NCBI GenBank assembly: GCA_964230645.1
Contig: CAXRHT010000003.1
Coordinates: forward strand, 448,001 to 512,000
Origin: Bdellovibrionales bacterium
GTDB taxonomy: Bacteria > Bdellovibrionota > Bdellovibrionia > Bdellovibrionales > JAGQZY01
Direction: 5' to 3'
DNA: 64,000 bases
In this document: piece after piece, positions 28,025-38,329 of the stretch
Layout of the letters: every line of letters begins with the position of its first letter
How positions within the stretch are numbered: the first letter of the stretch is position 1
Position numbers and translations under genes: made by a program
Notes under the pieces: generated by a model
The model's database searches: none
Told to the model about the DNA's origin: nothing
What the model saw: only the letters and a program-made list of their open reading frames with translations

Positions 28025-28393
28025 ATGAATATTCGGTCAGTATCAAACCCAGCCGTTGTGCCGGGTAAAGAAAATATCGAGTCTTCCAAAGGTATCAAAT
28101 CGGGAGAGACGGACGAACGAGAAGGCAATGGTCAGCAGCCCTACGGGGATGGTGAGTCTTATCGTGAGTTAACCGAAGAGGAAACCGAGCAGATTCTTGA
28201 AAAGCTTAAGAGCCATGATGGGATTCAAAAACACGGATTGATTGTAAAACTCAGTCAAGAGAACGATCAAAAAGTGGTAAAGATTGAAACCCCCGATGGC
28301 AAAGTGGTAAAAAGAATCATTGAGCGGGACCTATATTTTTTCTTATTTCAGGAGAGCGAGGACGATATACACCTCGTGAATAAGACGGCTTAA
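28025..28393 (+). CDS. FlaG-like flagellar protein
   Basis: Position between fliC and fliD; C-terminal VVKIETPDGKVVKRI resembles the FlaG motif; ATG 28025 (or TTG 28022). Confidence 0.55.
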   Translation: MNIRSVSNPAVVPGKENIESSKGIKSGETDEREGNGQQPYGDGESYRELTEEETEQILEKLKSHDGIQKHGLIVKLSQENDQKVVKIETPDGKVVKRIIERDLYFFLFQESEDDIHLVNKTA

Positions 28394-28408
28394 AACTATA
28401 GTCCGATC

Positions 28409-29140
28409 TTAAAAACTGTATCCAATATCAAGAACGGCATAGTTAAACCACGAAAAGGTGAAAACCTCATCATTATCCGCTCCACCTTCAAGTACGCGGT
28501 AGCCAAGACTTCCTATCCATTGCTCATTAAAATTGTGACGAATTTTTAAGGCCACATCAAAAGCCCTTCCCGGTCCACCAGCAAGACCATCCATTTGAAA
28601 ATTAAAAAGCCAATCCTCGGCGAGCTTTTTTTGATACTCAAAATAAATTAAGGGAACAAAGCCCAAGTTGGTATAACTTTCCACTTGATTGCCCTGGCGT
28701 ACTTGGATTTTTGCCTCACGAATTTTTGCCGTGATCCCAAGATTCAGTCGATCTTCTCCATGCCCCCAAAAAGCGTAGAAATAGGTGCCTCGATAAGAGT
28801 TAAAGGTGTAATCGAACTCATAACCCGAGGGGCCACCGTTAAATTGGGTGCCGTTAAAAAGAATGGGGGACTGGTTATCACTATTAAGAGTCACGGAGAA
28901 AGGAGCCCATAAAAGCCTAAAGCCATGATTTTTAGAGGGAAGATAAAAAACTTCACTTCTGTAGTGGAAAAAAGGACCCTCATCAAACCGATCCAATTCC
29001 ACACGTGTAGCCGGAGCCTCGGGGGGAATTTGAAAATCATTACGATTTTGCCAAATAGCCCCCGATTCTACGTAAAGATCGAAGTTTGCATAAAGCGTTG
29101 GGGAAGAAAATAATAAGCTTAAAAAGAAGAGAAGTTTCAT
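28409..29140 (-). CDS. outer-membrane beta-barrel protein
   Basis: Signal peptide from ATG 29140 (MKLLFFLSLLFSSPTLYA); alternating aromatic strands; C-terminal VLDIGYSF. Confidence 0.7.
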   Translation of the reverse strand: MKLLFFLSLLFSSPTLYANFDLYVESGAIWQNRNDFQIPPEAPATRVELDRFDEGPFFHYRSEVFYLPSKNHGFRLLWAPFSVTLNSDNQSPILFNGTQFNGGPSGYEFDYTFNSYRGTYFYAFWGHGEDRLNLGITAKIREAKIQVRQGNQVESYTNLGFVPLIYFEYQKKLAEDWLFNFQMDGLAGGPGRAFDVALKIRHNFNEQWIGSLGYRVLEGGADNDEVFTFSWFNYAVLDIGYSF

Positions 29141-29417
29141 AAAGCATGGATTAGCAGGGAAAAAAGGCTGAGGCAATCTCAATAAGAATCTTCCAATCCG
29201 CGCAAAGACCTAGTGGTAGAGCCCTTCTAGGGCTTAAGATCCTAGACTCTCTTAAGGTAGAGGATTTTTTGTTCGTCAATGCTTTGGCACCCACAAAACC
29301 ACTCAAGTAAAATAAGTACCTTGCACAGTCTTCTTTAGCTTTCGTCTATGACATATTAATGACTCACAGAAATCCCCGCAAATGGTGCATAATAAAGGAA
29401 AGCATCAAGGAGGATCT

Positions 29418-30803
29418 TTGCCACCTATTCGTTTTGGAGGATTAGCATCGGGGTTACCCCCCAATATCGTTGAGCAGATTATGGCCAGCGAACGCTTACC
29501 TATTCAAAATATGGAATCCAAGAAAGAAAACATCAACGCAAAAATGCAGTTGGTGGGTGATCTTGAATCAAGGCTTCGTAAAGTGGGGGATTCCCTCAAA
29601 GAAGTTATTGGTGTGGGAGGCTTTAAAGATTACTCTTTAGATCTTTCAAGAGAAGGGGTTATTAAGGGAACTGTTGATCCAAAAACCGCTCAAAAAGGTT
29701 CTTGGTCCCTTGAAGTTTTAAAGCTTCCGAAAAGCTCGGGGAGAATGACCAATGGATTTCCTGATGCCAACAAAACACAGGTCGGTGTTGGTTACCTAAC
29801 TTTTGAAACTCCCGAAGGGGAGCATGAGATTTATATCAACGACACCAATAATACATTACAGGGTGTGGCTCGAGCGGTGAATGACGCCGGCATCGGTATT
29901 CAGGCAAATGTAGTAAAAGATGCTGATGATTCCGATTATCCACATAAATTAATCTTTAGCAGTCAGGAGTATGGAAGTGATAACGATATTGTTTTTCCAA
30001 CTGTCTACCTTCTTGATGGGGACCATGATCTTTATTTCGACAAAGAACGAAAAGCAGAAAATGGTAAAATCAAGCTCAACGGTTTCGAAGTAGAAGTCGA
30101 CGCCAAAGAACTCAATGACATAGTCCCTGGGGTCAATCTTGACCTTATGAGTGCAGAGCCTGGAAAAGAAGTGACTGTCACTGTTAACGAGGACTATGAG
30201 ACCATTAAAGGTAAAATGAGCGAGTTCGTAAATTCTATGAATAGCGTTCTGGGATTTATCCAGTCTCAAAACCGTATGGATGAAAACACCGACACTTCAA
30301 AAACATTGGGTGGGGACTCAATGCTAAGAAGTGTGGAGATGAGAGTACGCTCACTTTTACAATCAGGATCTTACTCAACTGGGAATCAAATCTCACGACT
30401 CTCGCAATTGGGAGTCGAGTACAACAGAAACGGAACCCTTGATTTTGATGAGGCGAAATTTAATCAAGCCGTAGAGACTCGTCCCAAAGAAGTGGTGCGT
30501 TTTTTACAAGGTGATGGTGGACCAAGCTCAGGTTTTATCAACCGAGTAAAAGAGTTCGTGCAGACGAGTGTGAACGGAGCCTTTGGGGTTATAGGTAATA
30601 GAAAACGTGGTTTAGAAAACCGGGTCAGAAGAATAGATCAAAGAATTGAGAATAAAGAGCGATTACTCGCACAGAAAGAAACGAATTTGCGTAGAAAGTT
30701 TTCTCGTCTGGAAGAAACAATGGGACGTTTGCAAGCTCAACAGGGTGCAGTCTCAGCGATCGGCGGCGGAGGCGGAGCACCAGCAGGACTACCATTGGGA
30801 TAA
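29418..30803 (+). CDS. fliD: flagellar filament cap protein
   Basis: IRFGGLASGL, TLGGDSMLR and LRRKFSRLE motifs; TTG 29418 follows AAGGAGG. Confidence 0.93.
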   Translation: MPPIRFGGLASGLPPNIVEQIMASERLPIQNMESKKENINAKMQLVGDLESRLRKVGDSLKEVIGVGGFKDYSLDLSREGVIKGTVDPKTAQKGSWSLEVLKLPKSSGRMTNGFPDANKTQVGVGYLTFETPEGEHEIYINDTNNTLQGVARAVNDAGIGIQANVVKDADDSDYPHKLIFSSQEYGSDNDIVFPTVYLLDGDHDLYFDKERKAENGKIKLNGFEVEVDAKELNDIVPGVNLDLMSAEPGKEVTVTVNEDYETIKGKMSEFVNSMNSVLGFIQSQNRMDENTDTSKTLGGDSMLRSVEMRVRSLLQSGSYSTGNQISRLSQLGVEYNRNGTLDFDEAKFNQAVETRPKEVVRFLQGDGGPSSGFINRVKEFVQTSVNGAFGVIGNRKRGLENRVRRIDQRIENKERLLAQKETNLRRKFSRLEETMGRLQAQQGAVSAIGGGGGAPAGLPLG

Positions 30804-30817
30804 GCGGAGGCTAAGTA

Positions 30818-31204
30818 GTGGGTTATAACAAGTACAAGCAGACAGCAGTAGAGAGTGCAAGCCAAGAGAAGCTTTTGTTGATGCTCTATGAGGGAGCGAT
30901 AAAGTTTACCAAAAGAGCGATCATCGCTGCCGACAATAAAAAAGTGGCCGAGAGATGTGAGAACATCACCAAAGCCTACGACATCGTTTTAGAGCTAATG
31001 AACACCCTTGATTTTGAAGTGGGTGGGGAAGTGGCCGTTAATCTTGAGCAACTTTATATGTTCATCACCGATGAACTCTCTCGAGCGAATCTAACCGGAA
31101 AAACCGAGCATCTAAGAAATGTTCTTAAAATTTTAGAAACACTATATGAGGGCTGGAAAGAAGCCGTCGAACTTTTAAAGAAAAAAGAAGCAAAGGGCGC
31201 ATAA
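30818..31204 (+). CDS. fliS: flagellar export chaperone
   Basis: YKQTAVESAS..KLLLMLYEGA, LDFEVGGEVA and LYEGWKEA motifs. Confidence 0.95.
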   Translation: MGYNKYKQTAVESASQEKLLLMLYEGAIKFTKRAIIAADNKKVAERCENITKAYDIVLELMNTLDFEVGGEVAVNLEQLYMFITDELSRANLTGKTEHLRNVLKILETLYEGWKEAVELLKKKEAKGA

Positions 31205-31217
31205 GGGGGGCAACATC

Positions 31218-31610
31218 ATGAGTAAAGTATTAGATCTTTTAAAGGAAAAAAACTTCTATTTAGAGCGTTTTCTAGAGGAATCTCAAAAAGAAAGAACACG
31301 CTTTAAAGCCAGACGTTTTGGTAACTTAGATTCTCTCTACAATAAAAGAGAGCAGATTCTACTAAACATCCAAAGTATTGATCGCCGAATCAACACCATC
31401 TGCGAAGAAGAGGGCGAAGATCTTTTAAAGGCTCCAAAGAAAGACGAAATGAACAAGCTTTTAAACACCATTAAAACCAACGTTCAGTCGATCATGGAAG
31501 AGGACCTTGAAATCATTTCGTTTATAGAAAATGAAAAAACTAAGATCATTCAAGAAATTGGAAAAACCAAAGAAGGCCGCAAAGTCCTAAAAGGCTATAA
31601 AGCCCTCTAA
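31218..31610 (+). CDS. FliT/FlgN-like coiled-coil flagellar chaperone
   Basis: Helical 130-aa protein directly after fliS, ending ..KVLKGY; assignment mainly from context. Confidence 0.5.
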   Translation: MSKVLDLLKEKNFYLERFLEESQKERTRFKARRFGNLDSLYNKREQILLNIQSIDRRINTICEEEGEDLLKAPKKDEMNKLLNTIKTNVQSIMEEDLEIISFIENEKTKIIQEIGKTKEGRKVLKGYKAL

Positions 31611-33056
31611 AAGGTACCCGGTTCTTTTTTCGTAAGCACAATGTCAAAATTCCAAGAAAGTCACCTGGTACAACAGTGTTACCAGGTTTCTTTTTCATAT
31701 ATTTGCAGTCAAAGTCCCATAGGTCACTTCGACAACTTTTAAGGGCCAAGTTCAATTCAAATTTATTTTAAGTGAGACATGTGAATTTCGATCCCTAATG
31801 ACATAGCTCAATCTTATTTATCCGAAAAATAAACCAAATATACTGATTCTCCATTCCCCAGTGTTTTTCATCTGAGCTCTTTTAGAGGGTTTCAACGCTG
31901 AGCATCCGAAAAAAGAACCTGGTACTTTTCTGTGGTGGTATCTATTAGTAGGGGTAATACATCCGGGGGGATATATGGGATCTAAGAAGGTTTTTCTTTT
32001 TCTATTTTTCTGTGCGCACAGTGCTGCGGCTTTAATGGCTCCAAATCTGAAAATTGATGTTCGAGAGTCGAATCTGGAATTTTCATATCATCAGAGACTT
32101 TCAATGGTCGCTGAGGTCGATGAAAAATTTGGAGCGAGATCATTGTGTAAGGAGAGTGCTAAAAAGGAGACGATGTTAAAAGAGCTCCCTCAGCTTTCTC
32201 AGTTTGGACTATTTGGAGGAATTTACCTCAATACTTATCAGCAATTAAAAACCTTTAGAGATCAGTTCTTAATTTGGGAGAGAAGTAATTCTTCACTCAA
32301 TGTTGACGTTTTTTATTATATGAAAGCGTTTGAACAGGGTTTGCCCTGTTCTGAATCTCCTTACATCCAGCAAAAAGGTAATAAAGTGGCTCGCTGGTCG
32401 GGGCGGCTGAAAAAAGAAATCGATCATGTCGATGTGTGTGTGGCTTGGTATGACTATTTTCGTTTTTATCAAGAGCAGAGTCAGAAGAATCAAATGAATA
32501 GGCGAGCCTTACAAAGAAAAATGTGGAGAGCTCATTCCTATAGTCTTTTTCATGTCTGGGTGTTGAACTACGACGACTATTACGACTCATTAACCAAAGA
32601 AAAAGTACCTTCCTGGGAGTTTTACCAATGGAATGCCTGGAATCGATTTGTCGCCGCCTTTACTCCGAGTCTGAATTTAAATTCCTGTGCCCATACGATG
32701 TGGCCCTTTCTTGGAACGGCGATGCCTGAGTGTAGCTTTCCTGATTCCGGTGAAGTTTCTCGGTTTCGGCAATGCGAAGAATCCACTGACTTGAATTCAC
32801 CCAAGCACTACTTGCAGTGGCTTGGACTAAAGTATCTCACAGGTTTTTATGCTGAGTTCAGTGAGCTGGATGATTCCATCGACGCGATCGCCTCGGAAAT
32901 CAATTGAAATGCATAAACTTTGATTCTCTTTTGGGGGATTCAACATACCGCCTCCGAAATAGGAATCAGGTACTTTGTCTTTGTCTGGATGATTCCATCG
33001 ATGCCATCGCCCCGCATCCGAAAAAAGAACCAGGTACTTTGTAAACCTGGTACTTT
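31611..33056. repeat. family of ~27-bp repeats GCATCCGAAAAAAGAACCWGGTACTTT flanking an orphan gene
   Basis: Direct copies at 31902-31928 and 33014-33040 (26/27 identical); degenerate copy at 32950-32976; inverted copy at 31611-31637; partial at 33043-33056. Confidence 0.75.
31975..32907 (+). CDS. hypothetical secreted protein (aromatic/Cys-rich)
   Basis: 310-aa ORF with a signal-peptide-like N-terminus and a G-rich RBS. Confidence 0.7.
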   Translation: MGSKKVFLFLFFCAHSAAALMAPNLKIDVRESNLEFSYHQRLSMVAEVDEKFGARSLCKESAKKETMLKELPQLSQFGLFGGIYLNTYQQLKTFRDQFLIWERSNSSLNVDVFYYMKAFEQGLPCSESPYIQQKGNKVARWSGRLKKEIDHVDVCVAWYDYFRFYQEQSQKNQMNRRALQRKMWRAHSYSLFHVWVLNYDDYYDSLTKEKVPSWEFYQWNAWNRFVAAFTPSLNLNSCAHTMWPFLGTAMPECSFPDSGEVSRFRQCEESTDLNSPKHYLQWLGLKYLTGFYAEFSELDDSIDAIASEIN

Positions 33057-33178
33057 ATCGAAGTCAAAAAACTGACTTGCCGGTTCTAATTCTTTGGCGC
33101 TATTTAATCACCTTTGTCTGGGGTTTTTATTTCATCTTTGATTTGTTGAGTCTCACTGAAATTGTGCGGAGAATCATT

Positions 33179-33195
33179 TTGGCACTTTCCTTGCT
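33179..33195 (+). promoter_or_regulatory. sigma54 (-24/-12) promoter
   Basis: TTGGCAC-TTTCC-TTGCT, consensus match, ~35 nt upstream of ATG 33230. Confidence 0.85.
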
Positions 33196-33229
33196 TCATT
33201 AAGAGCTTGAAAAGGAAAGGGATCAAAAA

Positions 33230-33949
33230 ATGGATGCAGTTTACGACAAACATCAAGAGATGGAAGAGTTCACTTCAATTAACTTCGAAAAAAGCGATCA
33301 GCTTTTAAAAATGAAGAAGTATATTACAGAGAAAAATTGGAGCCGAGCTTCCATGCTGGCTGAAGAAATCAAGGAAATGGAAGCTAATAATCCTGAGTTT
33401 CTTTTCGGTATGGCCGAAATTAAAACGGAGAGCCAAGACTACCCAGGAGCACTGAACATCTATCATGAAATGCTCGATATTCTCGAAGGTCAGGACCCCA
33501 TGTGTTTCGATATTTATAAGAATATGGGGAACATTTATCTTAAGTGTGGAGATATTGACGCGGCTGAGGAAAAGTATAATCAAGCGCATGCGATCAACTC
33601 ACAAGATGAGAGCCTTTCGATCAACTACGGTGTCCTTTATATACAAAAAGGTGAGTATTCAAACGCTAAAAACCGTTTCGCAGACGTCCTTACAAAAAAC
33701 AATGAATCGGATTTTGCTTGGGTAGGAATGGGGTTAGTACACAGAGCCCATGCCGATCATGAGTTAGCAAGAGCTTGCCTGCTCCGTGGTCTGGATGAAA
33801 ATCCTTACAATAAATTAGCCATAACTAACTACTACACATGGTGTGATCAGGACGGTAAAGAAGCCTCTATAGAGCACATTAATAATTTTCTACAACAATA
33901 TCCACAGGACCAGGAGATCAAAAGACTTCAGCAAGGATTGTCACAGTAA
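33230..33949 (+). CDS. tetratricopeptide repeat protein
   Basis: TPR-like units (YKNMGNIYLKCGDIDAAEEKYNQA; AWVGMGLVH..A). Confidence 0.85.
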   Translation: MDAVYDKHQEMEEFTSINFEKSDQLLKMKKYITEKNWSRASMLAEEIKEMEANNPEFLFGMAEIKTESQDYPGALNIYHEMLDILEGQDPMCFDIYKNMGNIYLKCGDIDAAEEKYNQAHAINSQDESLSINYGVLYIQKGEYSNAKNRFADVLTKNNESDFAWVGMGLVHRAHADHELARACLLRGLDENPYNKLAITNYYTWCDQDGKEASIEHINNFLQQYPQDQEIKRLQQGLSQ

Positions 33950-33950
33950 G

Positions 33951-35306
33951 ATGAAGTCCGTTATTCCTCAGGTTCATTTATTTCTTTGTCTCGATCCTAG
34001 GGTCTCACCTGGTGTGATTCTTCACCTTTTGGATTTGGCTCGCGCTCAAGATTGGCGCGAGGAAACCATACTGATTTGTGATGAAATTTGGAAGCCCCTT
34101 GTGAACGTGGATCAACCGGTGTTGTTTCTTAATCGTGAGAAGTTTTTTGAGAAAAAACAGGGGCAAACGGAACCCTTTAATCTTGAGTACCTTGAAGAGG
34201 TCCTCGATCATCTTGATCACTTTGAAATTAAAAAAGTCACCCAAATTGGACAATTGCAGTGGGGACGATGGCTTAAAGCCTACCTTGATCAAGAAGACGG
34301 GGTGGATCACAAAGTTATCAGTTGGGGAAAGAAAAACCTCTCGGCTCTACAAATTTTAAATGATGTTGCTGATGAGTTGGCTATAGATATTAGCTCTCTT
34401 GGTTCAAAAGCCACCAAAGGCAATGAAGTCCTTATTGATCCCTACGACAATGAGGGGATCGCTCAAGAGTTTTTAAGTCTTATTGACAATATTGATGAGA
34501 AATATTGGCCAGAATGGCTCACTATTATCGTTAAAGAGCAAGATGAAGAAATGTTTAAAGGAAAAAGCCTTGAAGAGCAGGTCGTTCTTGAAACGGATGT
34601 TGTTGCCAATCACAACAATCAATCTGTGCTTTGTTTTTCTTCACAGTCTCCTTTTTTACAGACAAGTCGAAATTTCAATGTGGCACTTTACAACAGTGGC
34701 GGCAAAGACAACCTCTTTTTACAAGGTGATATTTCTATACAATCAAAAGAGATCGAGCATATCTCTGAAATTATAAATATTCTCACTTACTGGAAATCGG
34801 GGCGCCTAAAGGAGCTCTCCTATCAGTGGCTTAATATGGGGATTGTTATTTATCATCTTGAGGTTTTTCACTCACGAGTGGTGCAACGTAATCTGCTCAA
34901 TTACTCCCAAGATCTTTTTCACTGCCAGGCACTGATTCATCATTTTCTGCAAAGTAAAGGTCGTATTGGGCCTCCGTTTTTACAGCAGATCGTAAATGAA
35001 ATGAGAGATGAAATTGATAATGATCCGTTTTCTTTATCTTTTTCTCTAAAAATCCTCAATATGATCGTTGATCGTATGCTATCCTCAGCCCAAACGGGAG
35101 AGAGATTATTTCAACGACTTGGCAGTGATTATCACCGCATTGTGATTGCGGAGTCTTTGGTTGAAGGACTCATCGATACTCATGCTGACGACCTCACTAA
35201 ACTAGATTTAAAAGCAAAACTTCAGGAATTTAAACAATTCCTCATGCTTGTTGACCGATGGAATGACGATATAGAACAGATAAAACAATTAAAGGGCCCA
35301 CAATGA
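33951..35306 (+). CDS. hypothetical protein (possibly a divergent glycosyltransferase-fold protein)
   Basis: 451-aa ORF coupled within the operon; the fold guess rests on alpha/beta pattern and flagellar context only. Confidence 0.55.
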   Translation: MKSVIPQVHLFLCLDPRVSPGVILHLLDLARAQDWREETILICDEIWKPLVNVDQPVLFLNREKFFEKKQGQTEPFNLEYLEEVLDHLDHFEIKKVTQIGQLQWGRWLKAYLDQEDGVDHKVISWGKKNLSALQILNDVADELAIDISSLGSKATKGNEVLIDPYDNEGIAQEFLSLIDNIDEKYWPEWLTIIVKEQDEEMFKGKSLEEQVVLETDVVANHNNQSVLCFSSQSPFLQTSRNFNVALYNSGGKDNLFLQGDISIQSKEIEHISEIINILTYWKSGRLKELSYQWLNMGIVIYHLEVFHSRVVQRNLLNYSQDLFHCQALIHHFLQSKGRIGPPFLQQIVNEMRDEIDNDPFSLSFSLKILNMIVDRMLSSAQTGERLFQRLGSDYHRIVIAESLVEGLIDTHADDLTKLDLKAKLQEFKQFLMLVDRWNDDIEQIKQLKGPQ

Positions 35307-35974
35307 CGAAAAGACGTATCGACAGAAAGAATCATCCAGCAACCTTCCGTACCTGTAAAAACTTGGGTCAATTGATTGCATTAGTTGAGCAAGAAGGGGA
35401 GCAAGATAAAAAATTTCTCACCAAAATCTCGCTCAATGGTAAAAAGATGGACCAGGATGAAGAGTGCCTGCTCGAAAATATGTCTATTAATGAGGTGGAT
35501 TTCATTGAGGTAGAGATGCAAAGCCTTAATGAAATCATTGCCCATTCCCTAACGGATATTATCTCCACACTCCAGCATATCCAAATGAGGGCTATTCAAT
35601 TTGCTAGAGAAATTCGTAAAGCCAATATTATTGATAAAGAAAAGATCAATTTCTCTTTGATTGAGTGCCGCACTTTTATTCAGAGTTTAGAAGAGGTATT
35701 CATTGCCAATCAGCAAGGCAAGTTTCGTATTCGCCACCTTCCTTTATGGAATGAGGCCGAAAAAGAGCTCACTAATATTTTGCAGTGTATTTTGCAGAGC
35801 CGAGAGGTGGCAGCACCAGATTTTATCGCCGATTTGATGGAGTATGATCTGATTCAAGCCCTAGACCAATGGGAAGACACTCTTGATAAAGAGCTCACAG
35901 AGAACCCAGCGCTGACGGGAATTTTTAATTTGAAATCTGGACGTCATAAAAGCGATAATGAGGTGGATGCCTAA
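35303..35974 (+). CDS. hypothetical protein, flagellar-locus associated
   Basis: 223-aa ORF; ATGA overlap with the upstream gene; helical C-terminus with ADLMEYDL. Confidence 0.65.
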   Translation: MTKRRIDRKNHPATFRTCKNLGQLIALVEQEGEQDKKFLTKISLNGKKMDQDEECLLENMSINEVDFIEVEMQSLNEIIAHSLTDIISTLQHIQMRAIQFAREIRKANIIDKEKINFSLIECRTFIQSLEEVFIANQQGKFRIRHLPLWNEAEKELTNILQCILQSREVAAPDFIADLMEYDLIQALDQWEDTLDKELTENPALTGIFNLKSGRHKSDNEVDA

Positions 35975-37964
35975 GCAATCCAAAATTAAAGAGAGTGGAG
36001 CCGACCTTAATTTTTTAAGGCTCGACTCGGGCTTATTTAAAGAAATTTCCCAACGCCTTGAAAAAACCGATATTTCGATCGAGAACCTCGATGGTGAAGT
36101 TCCAGTTGGGTCAAACCCCATGAAGGTGCTGGGTCTTTCCGTTTCTCAAAAAAACTTTAAAGAACAAACCGAATTGCTAGAAACTCTACTAGAAAATGAT
36201 GAGACTCTCTCAGTGCTGATTTTAGATGAGGGACTTGAAACCCAGGAAATTATAGCACTGGGTGAAAGTCCACGGGTTTTTGCGGTCGTTGAATTTCCTA
36301 GTCTTAGCGAAGAGCTTATTAAAAAAGCGGTTGAGCATCATATATTTCTGAAAAGCCAGTCCCTTCAAAGGCAAGAGCTCAAAGAACAAAATAAGAAGTT
36401 AGAAACTCTTAATGAAAATTTGGAAAATCTTGTCCACGAGAGAACGAAAAAAGAGTTTCAAGCCAGTCAGGCGACCGAAGCATCGTTGAAGAAAATTCAG
36501 TCAATTTTTAGTTTTATAAAAAATGTATCAAAATGCCAGAGTATCGAAGAGCTTTTGATTCAACTTCGAGAGGAATTTAAAAAGATCTCAGGATTGATGC
36601 CTCCTATTTTAATCCTTGATGAGGGTGTCATTAGTTTTCGGGTTTTTTATTTTCAGGGAAAACAACTCATAGAAAAATACTCCGATATGGCCCCTGATCA
36701 TTCTGGTTTTTATGGCGAGGATGAAAAAGAGATGAAGTCAGCCTTGAGTAATTACTTTGGGCGTCCCTTTGGACCCTTGATGACTCAAGACTTAAATTTT
36801 CGCTCCAACGAGCTAAGAGGGGTAAAGGCGCGGGTGATCTTTGAACACTCCCTTGAAAATCAAGATTCCGCCGACATTCTCGACGGGCATGATGAGCGGT
36901 GGACGATTCTAACCATGGCGGTAGAGAACCTTTTATTAAAAGAGGGTATGCAGAATATCGCGAAACAGTGGTCGAAAACTTTTAATAAAATGGAAGACCC
37001 GATCCTTATTCTTGATGAAAACTTTCAAATGAGTTTATCAAACTCAAATTACCACCGAAGAGAAAACCGCACCTGTTATGAAGCTTTTGCCGATCAAGAA
37101 AAGCCTTGTAAAGATTGTCCGCTTTCAAAAACATTTCAAACGGGTAAACCCCAAACGTCCGATGTCCATATGGGAAATAAGGTCTACCGAGTTCACTCCT
37201 ATCCTATTCGCATGGAAGAGGAGGGAAGAGTGACCCACGCGATCAATCAATATGTAGATGTGACTCAGACCATTGATTTAAGAAGTCGCGTTATTCAAGG
37301 GGAAAAAATGGCGGCGGTCGGTCTGTTGGCTGGAAACATTGCTCACGAACTCAATAATCCTTTAACAGGTATTTATTCTTTAGCGGACTTACTCCTTGAA
37401 GACTTCGATCAAGAGGGTAATACCTATAAAGATATGCTTGAGATTAAAGATGCGGCCAGGCGTTGCCAAAGGATAATTAAAGACCTGCTTGATTTCTCAA
37501 GTGTGGAAAACCAATCGAAACCTGTTGATATCGACGTAAACGCAATTATTAGTAAAACCCTTCCGTTACTAAAAATGGCCATGCGTGAGATGAATTCCAA
37601 TGTAAATCTTCACGAAGAGCCTCTTAATGTGAATTGCAATCCTCAGCTTCTCCAGCAAGTGATTTTTAATTTAATCAACAACGCTTGTCAGGCCATGGAA
37701 CCTGGAGGAGAGCTGGGTGTTTTCACAGAGAAAGGAGGGGAACAAGTTTTTATTTATATTCGCGATACTGGGCCTGGGATTCCCGATGACATTAGGGAAT
37801 TTATTTTTGATCCTTTTTTTACCACAAAAGATGAGGGCAAAGGCACAGGACTTGGTCTTAGTATGTCAAGAAGTGTTGTGCAGAGAGCGGGTGGGGAACT
37901 TTCGTTGAATGATGCTTACCCAGGTGGTACTGAATTCATTATACAACTACCCTTGGTGGATTAA
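35958..37964 (+). CDS. PAS-domain sensor histidine kinase (cytoplasmic)
   Basis: H-box IAHELNNPL, N-box NLINNACQA, G1 DTGPGI, F-box FDPFFTTK, G2 GTGLGL; no obvious TM segment; start may be ATG 35967. Confidence 0.93.
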   Translation: MRWMPKQSKIKESGADLNFLRLDSGLFKEISQRLEKTDISIENLDGEVPVGSNPMKVLGLSVSQKNFKEQTELLETLLENDETLSVLILDEGLETQEIIALGESPRVFAVVEFPSLSEELIKKAVEHHIFLKSQSLQRQELKEQNKKLETLNENLENLVHERTKKEFQASQATEASLKKIQSIFSFIKNVSKCQSIEELLIQLREEFKKISGLMPPILILDEGVISFRVFYFQGKQLIEKYSDMAPDHSGFYGEDEKEMKSALSNYFGRPFGPLMTQDLNFRSNELRGVKARVIFEHSLENQDSADILDGHDERWTILTMAVENLLLKEGMQNIAKQWSKTFNKMEDPILILDENFQMSLSNSNYHRRENRTCYEAFADQEKPCKDCPLSKTFQTGKPQTSDVHMGNKVYRVHSYPIRMEEEGRVTHAINQYVDVTQTIDLRSRVIQGEKMAAVGLLAGNIAHELNNPLTGIYSLADLLLEDFDQEGNTYKDMLEIKDAARRCQRIIKDLLDFSSVENQSKPVDIDVNAIISKTLPLLKMAMREMNSNVNLHEEPLNVNCNPQLLQQVIFNLINNACQAMEPGGELGVFTEKGGEQVFIYIRDTGPGIPDDIREFIFDPFFTTKDEGKGTGLGLSMSRSVVQRAGGELSLNDAYPGGTEFIIQLPLVD

Positions 37965-38329
37965 TGAAAGTATTGATTGTCGATGATGAACCTTTGGTTC
38001 GTCGCTCATTAGAAAAAATTTTCACAAAAACAGGACACGACGTGATAACGGCCTCCGACGGCGAAGAGGGTGTAAAGCTGTGGAAAAGTGAAAACCCTCA
38101 AGGTGTCGTAATCGACGTGCTTATGCCAGGGCTAACTGGGCCTGAGGTGATCTCTGAAGTGAACCCCGATGAGAAAACAGCGGTCGCTTTGATCTCGGCT
38201 TACTCGGGGGACTACAATCCTGAGTCAGTAAAAAATCTTGGAGCCGACATATTTATTGAGAAACCCTTTGAGAATATTCAAGACATCGTTTTGCAAATCG
38301 AAAAGATTTGGGAAGTGAAGAATAAATGA
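37964..38329 (+). CDS. single-domain response regulator (CheY-like)
   Basis: VLIVDDE, DVLMPG, ISA and FIEKPF motifs. Confidence 0.93.
   Translation: MKVLIVDDEPLVRRSLEKIFTKTGHDVITASDGEEGVKLWKSENPQGVVIDVLMPGLTGPEVISEVNPDEKTAVALISAYSGDYNPESVKNLGADIFIEKPFENIQDIVLQIEKIWEVKNK

Noticed and set aside
31611..33056. 27-bp repeats as a CRISPR array or integron attC sites
   Set aside because: Spacing is irregular, orientation is mixed, a whole gene lies between copies, and no cas or intI gene or clear attC R''/R' boxes are present
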